A DNA stretch of 20,767 bases from a virus (lineage: Duplodnaviria; Heunggongvirae; Uroviricota; Caudoviricetes). Positions 16,298 to 20,767 of the stretch are shown piece by piece. The notes below the pieces were generated by a model, which did no database searches, had not been told where the DNA came from, and worked only from the letters and a program-made list of their open reading frames with translations. Where the stretch lies: the IMG/VR virus record IMGVR_UViG_2547132272_000014. One strand, written 5' to 3'. The stretch's first letter is position 1. Each line of letters starts with the position of its first letter. The position numbers were made by a program, and so were the translations under genes.

Positions 16298-16675
16298 ATG
16301 TCGGGAAAATTCCGTTTCAGTCAACGTAGCGAGAAAAATCTGGCTGGCGTAAAGCCACAACTGGTGGCGGTTGTACGCCGTGCGCTGGCGTTGTCGGACG
16401 TCGATTTTGGTATTACCGAAGGTTTACGCACGAAAGAACGTCAGAAACAACTTGTCGCTGAAGGCAAGAGCCAGACCATGAACAGCCGTCACCTTACTGG
16501 CGATGCCGTTGATGTCGTGGCTTACGTTGGTAGCACCATTTCATGGGACTGGCCGTTATACGAAAAAATCGCCCGTGCCTTTAAACAGGCTGCCGCAGAG
16601 CTGGGTGTCGCCATCGAATGGGGCGGAGACTGGAAAACGCTGAAAGATGGGCCTCATTTCCAGTTAAAACGCTGA
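16298..16675 (+). CDS. Endolysin, peptidase M15 family (zinc D-Ala-D-Ala carboxypeptidase-like), 125 aa
   Basis: ORF track 16247..16675 trimmed to ATG 16298 with GGAGG at 16288-16292; M15-type motifs SRHLTGDAVD (His..Asp metal ligands) and DGPHFQ (second His). Confidence 0.7.
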   Translation: MSGKFRFSQRSEKNLAGVKPQLVAVVRRALALSDVDFGITEGLRTKERQKQLVAEGKSQTMNSRHLTGDAVDVVAYVGSTISWDWPLYEKIARAFKQAAAELGVAIEWGGDWKTLKDGPHFQLKR

Positions 16676-16688
16676 TGCGGGACGGGTT

Positions 16689-16871
16689 ATGAACAGAAGT
16701 CACTGGACCCACAGAACGCCACGTAAAGCCGCGCGCTGTGTTCTGGCCCTGTTTCTGGTGATGTTGCTTCCGGTGGGATGCACAGACATTAACAGAGCGG
16801 GCCAGCTGTTTGACGCGGCGGCGCAGGTCTGCCGGATTATTGACGGTATCCGGCAGTGTTCGCAGAACTGA
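16689..16871 (+). CDS. Small putative lipoprotein, o-spanin candidate, 60 aa
   Basis: N-terminus with a basic region then hydrophobic VLALFLVMLLPVGC ending in Cys (atypical lipobox LPVG/C); directly follows the endolysin. Confidence 0.3.
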   Translation: MNRSHWTHRTPRKAARCVLALFLVMLLPVGCTDINRAGQLFDAAAQVCRIIDGIRQCSQN

Positions 16872-16891
16872 TTTTTCGAAGGTCTGACACA

Positions 16892-17098
16892 GTGAGCATT
16901 ATCAGATTTACAGAATACAGAGGTTCAGGAGGTGCTGGCGCTGTCATGGTGCTTGCTGAACGCATCACCCATTTTTACCGCCAGTACGGTACACATGATG
17001 GCACTGTCATTGAACTGGATACCGGGAAAAACGTGTTTGTTCTTGAAAATCCCGACGAAGTTCAGCGCAGGATTGAACAGGCTCAGAAGGACACTTAA
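16892..17098 (+). CDS. Hypothetical protein, about 68 aa, start uncertain
   Basis: ORF track 16856..17098 starts at a GTG inside the upstream gene; GTG 16892 is an alternative; no family recognised. Confidence 0.25.
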   Translation: MSIIRFTEYRGSGGAGAVMVLAERITHFYRQYGTHDGTVIELDTGKNVFVLENPDEVQRRIEQAQKDT

Positions 17099-17598
17099 TG
17101 GCGTGGTCACAGGATATCAGGGACAAAGTCCGTAACGGGTACATCTTTGACCAGCTTCCGCTGGATATCGTCGCCATGAAGTACGCCGTGCCGCACGACA
17201 CCGCGCGGCGCTGGAAAACGCAGGCGATGAAGAACGGCGACGACTGGGACAAGCTGCGGGCCGCGCACGCGCTCGCCGGTGACGGGCTGGAAAGTGTCGC
17301 CCGCACCGTGCTTATCAGTCTGGTGGTGAAGTGTCAGACGACACTTGAACGGCTGAACCAGAACCCGGACATCCCGCCGCAGGAGTCCGTCGAACTGCTG
17401 GCGAGTCTGTCCGACAGCCTCAGTAAGGCGGTGGCCAGTAGCAAAAAAATCCTGCCGGAAACCGACCGGCTGGCCACGGCACTGGAAGTGGTGCAGCGGC
17501 TCGGCGCGTTCATCAAGGAGCGTCACCCGGCACAGTATGCCCCGTTTCTTGAGGTGCTCGAAGGCTTCGCTAAAGAGCTTGAGGATAATTTCAGTTAA
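17098..17598 (+). CDS. Mu gp27-like protein (DUF1804-like), putative small terminase subunit, 166 aa
   Basis: Start overlaps the upstream stop (TAATG); N-terminal HTH-like region; position two genes upstream of the large terminase as in Mu; family assignment from memory. Confidence 0.5.
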   Translation: MAWSQDIRDKVRNGYIFDQLPLDIVAMKYAVPHDTARRWKTQAMKNGDDWDKLRAAHALAGDGLESVARTVLISLVVKCQTTLERLNQNPDIPPQESVELLASLSDSLSKAVASSKKILPETDRLATALEVVQRLGAFIKERHPAQYAPFLEVLEGFAKELEDNFS

Positions 17599-17644
17599 CC
17601 ACAGCGGCCCGGTTTTCCGGGCCGTCTGATATTCGGGATTTGTA

Positions 17645-18385
17645 ATGCAAAAACAGATTATTGGTAACGCAACGTTGTATTGCGGTGATGTTCTTGATGT
17701 GCTGCCAGCGTTATCTGAACGTTTTGATGCCGTCATTACCGACCCGCCTTACAGCAGTGGTGGCACACACAAATCAGACCGCAGCATGGCCCCTTCGGAC
17801 AAGTATGTCGGTCACACTCAGTATGCCGAGTTCACCGGCGATAACCGCGACCAGCGCAGCTGGGCGTTCTGGTGTTCCATGTGGATTTCTCATGCATTGC
17901 ACAGGCTGAATCCCGGCGGTTATTTCATGGTGTTCAGTGACTGGCGACAACTACCGGCGCTTACCGATGCATTTCAGGCCGGTGGTGTGCTGTGGCGCGG
18001 TCTGGTTGTCTGGGATAAAACGCTTGCTTCCCGTGCGCCACACACCGGCTATTTCCGGCATCAGGCCGAGTATGTGGTCTGGGGCAGTAACGGAAAACTC
18101 GACAAATGCCCGCACGGTGGCCCGTTCCCGGGTGTGATTACGCAGCGTGTTGTCCCGTCCGAAAAACTTCACATGACCGCAAAGCCGGTTCAGCTGATGG
18201 CCGAGCTGGTTAAACCGCTGGCACCGGATGCGCACGTTCTCGATCCGTTTATGGGAAGCGGCACCACCGCCATCCCTGTACTTGCCCGTGGCGGACGGTT
18301 TACCGGCATTGAAATGACTAACCAGTATTTTGATATCGCCTGCGCACGTCTCGAAAAAGCGCAGGCAGAAGCAGCGCAGGTGTGA
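17645..18385 (+). CDS. DNA methyltransferase (N6-adenine or N4-cytosine, beta-class motif order), 246 aa
   Basis: Catalytic motif IV DPPY (VITDPPYSSGG) near the N-terminus and AdoMet motif I FMGSGTT near the C-terminus; no adjacent restriction endonuclease gene. Confidence 0.8.
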   Translation: MQKQIIGNATLYCGDVLDVLPALSERFDAVITDPPYSSGGTHKSDRSMAPSDKYVGHTQYAEFTGDNRDQRSWAFWCSMWISHALHRLNPGGYFMVFSDWRQLPALTDAFQAGGVLWRGLVVWDKTLASRAPHTGYFRHQAEYVVWGSNGKLDKCPHGGPFPGVITQRVVPSEKLHMTAKPVQLMAELVKPLAPDAHVLDPFMGSGTTAIPVLARGGRFTGIEMTNQYFDIACARLEKAQAEAAQV

Positions 18386-18386
18386 C

Positions 18387-20027
18387 GTGGCAAAACGTAA
18401 ACTTTCCATTAAAGAGTTTCAGAGAAGCCTGCAGGAGTACATCGCCAACCTCCGCCAGACCATCGAGGCTGAATGTCTGGGGTTCGATGTTAACCCGCAG
18501 GCCACACAGGCCCGCCGGGCGGCAGTCTGTGACCCGGTGACGGGCTACGATTATTTTGTCGAAAACTATTTCCCGCATTACGTCCGCAACCCGGCAAAAA
18601 GTGAGCTGCATAAATACCTGTTCAGCCGTCTGCCACAGGTTGTGGCAAGCCCGGACCCGGAGAACGACGCCATCGCCGCCCCCCGTGGTGAAGCAAAATC
18701 CACGCTGGTGACGCAGCTGTTTACCCTGTGGAACATTATCCGGGCCATTAAGCATTACCCGGTCATCATTATGGACAGTATCGACCAGGCTTATCCGATG
18801 CTGGAAGCCATCAAGGCTGAACTGGAATTTAACCCCCGTTTAAAAAACGATTTCCCGGAAGTGTGCGGACAGGGGCGTGTCTGGCGTATGGGGACCATCG
18901 TCACGGCCAACAATATCAAGGTGACCGTTGCCGGTAGTGGTAAAAAACTGCGTGGTCTGCGCCACGGTCCGTACCGTCCTGACCTGGTCATCCTCGACGA
19001 CATCGAGAACGACGAGATGGTGCGTAACCCGGAGCAGCGCGACAAGCTGCATGACTGGCTTACCAAAACCGTGATGCCGCTGGGCGAGGCTGGCGGTAAA
19101 ACCGATATTATTTATATCGGAACCATCCTGCATTACGACTCCGTGCTGTCGCGCACACTCAATAACCCGATGTGGAAAACAGCCCGCTTTAAGGCTGTTA
19201 TTCAGTGGCCTGCCAACATGAAGCTGTGGGACGAGTGGGAAGAACTCATCCGCAATAAACAGCCGGAAGCGGCGGAGGCACTTTACCGACAGAACGAGGC
19301 TGAGATGCTCGCCGGGTCGGTGGTGTCATGGGCGGCGCGTCCCCTGCTGGCGCTGATGAAAATCCGTGTCCGTGATGGTCACGACACCTTTGATTCTGAA
19401 TACCAGAACGACCCGGTCAGCGGTGAAGATGCGCTGTTTGCGGGCTGCATTAAATTCTGGGTTAACCGTCTTGATGAATGGGTGTTTTATGGTGCTGTTG
19501 ACCCCAGTCTCGGGAAGAAGAATAAAAACCGTGACCCGTCGGCCATTCTCGTGGGGGGCTTTAACCGCTTTACCGGCATTCTGGATGTGGTTGAAGCCGA
19601 TATCCGCCGACGTCTGCCGAATAAACTTATCGAAGACGTGATTAAGTATCAGCGGGAATATCACTGCCTGTGCTGGTCGTTTGAGTCCGTCCAGTTTCAG
19701 GAGTTTCTGCGTACCGTGCTGGTTGAGCGTTCGGCGGCGCTGGGCGTGCCGGTTCCGGCGCTGCCGGTCATCCCGCTGGAGGATAAGGCGCTGCGCATTG
19801 AGTCCCTTCAGCCGCATATGGCCAACGGCCTGATTCGTATCAGTCACACACATCAGACACTGATTGACCAGCTGCGCCACTACCCCAAAGCTGACCACGA
19901 TGATGGCCCGGACTGTTTGCACATGCTGTGGACGCTGGCGGTTTCGCGTAGCGCAAAATTTCAGATTCACACCCCACGCAGCACCGGGCGTGACCGTGGC
20001 GGGCGTTTTGGTTCAGGAGGATGGTAA
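18387..20027 (+). CDS. Terminase large subunit (Mu gp28-like), about 546 aa, start uncertain
   Basis: P-loop-like APRGEAKST in the N-terminal ATPase region and acidic nuclease-type motifs (VDPSLGK, HDDGPD) in the C-terminal region; no in-frame ATG before the P-loop, so the start is GTG 18387 or TTG 18330. Confidence 0.7.
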   Translation: MAKRKLSIKEFQRSLQEYIANLRQTIEAECLGFDVNPQATQARRAAVCDPVTGYDYFVENYFPHYVRNPAKSELHKYLFSRLPQVVASPDPENDAIAAPRGEAKSTLVTQLFTLWNIIRAIKHYPVIIMDSIDQAYPMLEAIKAELEFNPRLKNDFPEVCGQGRVWRMGTIVTANNIKVTVAGSGKKLRGLRHGPYRPDLVILDDIENDEMVRNPEQRDKLHDWLTKTVMPLGEAGGKTDIIYIGTILHYDSVLSRTLNNPMWKTARFKAVIQWPANMKLWDEWEELIRNKQPEAAEALYRQNEAEMLAGSVVSWAARPLLALMKIRVRDGHDTFDSEYQNDPVSGEDALFAGCIKFWVNRLDEWVFYGAVDPSLGKKNKNRDPSAILVGGFNRFTGILDVVEADIRRRLPNKLIEDVIKYQREYHCLCWSFESVQFQEFLRTVLVERSAALGVPVPALPVIPLEDKALRIESLQPHMANGLIRISHTHQTLIDQLRHYPKADHDDGPDCLHMLWTLAVSRSAKFQIHTPRSTGRDRGGRFGSGGW

Positions 20028-20767
20028 TGGCACAGCTTGTTGATATTTACGGACGCCCGCTGAAACGTGAGGCACTCAAAACCACGCAGTCGGTCCGAGT
20101 GGCGGAACGGCTGCGCATTTATCCCGACCACCCGTCCCGTGGTCTGAACATCAGAAAACTGCCACGCATTCTGGAAGCTGCCGAACGCGGTTATCTTCCG
20201 GCGCAGGCGATGCTGTTTGCGGATATGGAAGAACGTGATGGCCATCTGTTCGCCGAGATGGAAAAGCGCAAAAAAGCCTTGCTGACGCTGGACTGGTCGG
20301 TGGAGCCGCCCCGCAATGCCTCGAAGGCAGAAAAGGAGCTGGCCGCCGCCGTGGATGAATGGCTGCACGGTATCCCGGACATGGAGGACATCATCCTCAA
20401 CGGGATGAGCAGTGTCGGTTACGGCTTCAGCTGTCAGGAAATCAGCTGGGCGTTCGTGGATAAAACGTGGTTACCGGATGCGGTGACGCTGCGCCCGCAT
20501 AACTGGTTCATAACTCTGCCGGAACACAATGACGAACTCCGGCTGGATGACGGCAACCGTGGGGAAGACGGTAAGGACGGTTCCGCATTGTGGCCGTTCG
20601 GCTGGCTGGTTCACCGTTACAACGCCCGGTCGGGGTTCCTGGGTTCATCCGGCCTGTTCCGCGTACTGGTCTGGCCGTATCTGTTTAAAAACTTTGCGCT
20701 GCGTGATATGGCGGAATTTCTGGAGATTTACGGCCTTCCGGCGCGCATTGCCTACTATGCACAGGGC
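20027..20767 (+). CDS. Portal protein (Mu gp29-like, DUF935-like), N-terminal 247 codons; continues beyond the window
   Basis: ATG 20027 overlapping the terminase stop (TAATG) with AGGAGG at 20015-20020; open frame to the window end; position after the large terminase; family assignment from memory. Confidence 0.6.
   Translation, partial: MAQLVDIYGRPLKREALKTTQSVRVAERLRIYPDHPSRGLNIRKLPRILEAAERGYLPAQAMLFADMEERDGHLFAEMEKRKKALLTLDWSVEPPRNASKAEKELAAAVDEWLHGIPDMEDIILNGMSSVGYGFSCQEISWAFVDKTWLPDAVTLRPHNWFITLPEHNDELRLDDGNRGEDGKDGSALWPFGWLVHRYNARSGFLGSSGLFRVLVWPYLFKNFALRDMAEFLEIYGLPARIAYYAQG

Larger units (their letters stand above)
4638..20767 (+). mobile_element. Mu-like transposable prophage, left end and at least 16 kb; right end lies beyond the window
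   Basis: Begins with TG directly at the prpC breakpoint; repeated terminal motifs; gene order repressor(-), ner, MuA-like transposase, MuB-like ATPase, early small genes, GemA-like, Mor-family activator, lysis genes, terminase, portal, as in phage Mu; no integrase. Confidence 0.8.

Noticed and set aside
17107-17736. 209-aa minus-strand ORF
   Set aside because: Entirely antisense to the gp27-like and MTase genes, no RBS, Arg-rich mirror-frame composition typical of antisense ORFs in GC-rich coding DNA.
19326-19970. 214-aa minus-strand ORF
   Set aside because: Antisense to the large terminase gene, whose frame carries clear ATPase and nuclease motifs; Arg/Gln-rich junk-like translation.
4638-20767. 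Search for an integrase, tRNA attachment site, rRNA or tRNA genes
   Set aside because: None seen: no tyrosine or serine recombinase-like ORF and no tRNA-like sequence; the element is flanked by a disrupted protein-coding gene, consistent with transpositional rather than site-specific integration.

Overview
The window has two parts. Bases 1-4637 are enterobacterial (E. coli-type) chromosome: yahO, the sigma54 activator prpR on the minus strand, a sigma54 -24/-12 promoter, prpB, and prpC, with REP elements in the intergenic spacers. prpC loses its last ~45 codons at base 4637/4638, where a Mu-like transposable prophage begins and runs past the end of the window. The prophage follows the Mu gene order: left end with three repeated transposase-binding-like motifs, a minus-strand repressor, then ner, a MuA-like DDE transposase and a MuB-like ATPase; a long run of small, often translationally coupled early genes; a GemA-like gene, an intrinsic terminator, a Mor/C-family activator; a lysis cassette with an M15-peptidase endolysin; and the start of the head module (small terminase-like, large terminase, partial portal). 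Three low-GC blocks look like acquired cargo and are the best places to look for undescribed functions: small ORFs at 9214-9610, a basic/acidic/membrane small-protein block at 12687-13483, and an AT-rich secreted protein at 14206-14544. A stand-alone DNA methyltransferase also sits between the two terminase genes. No tRNA, rRNA, CRISPR array or integrase was found. All protein family assignments are from reading the translations and remembered family signatures; no database search was run.
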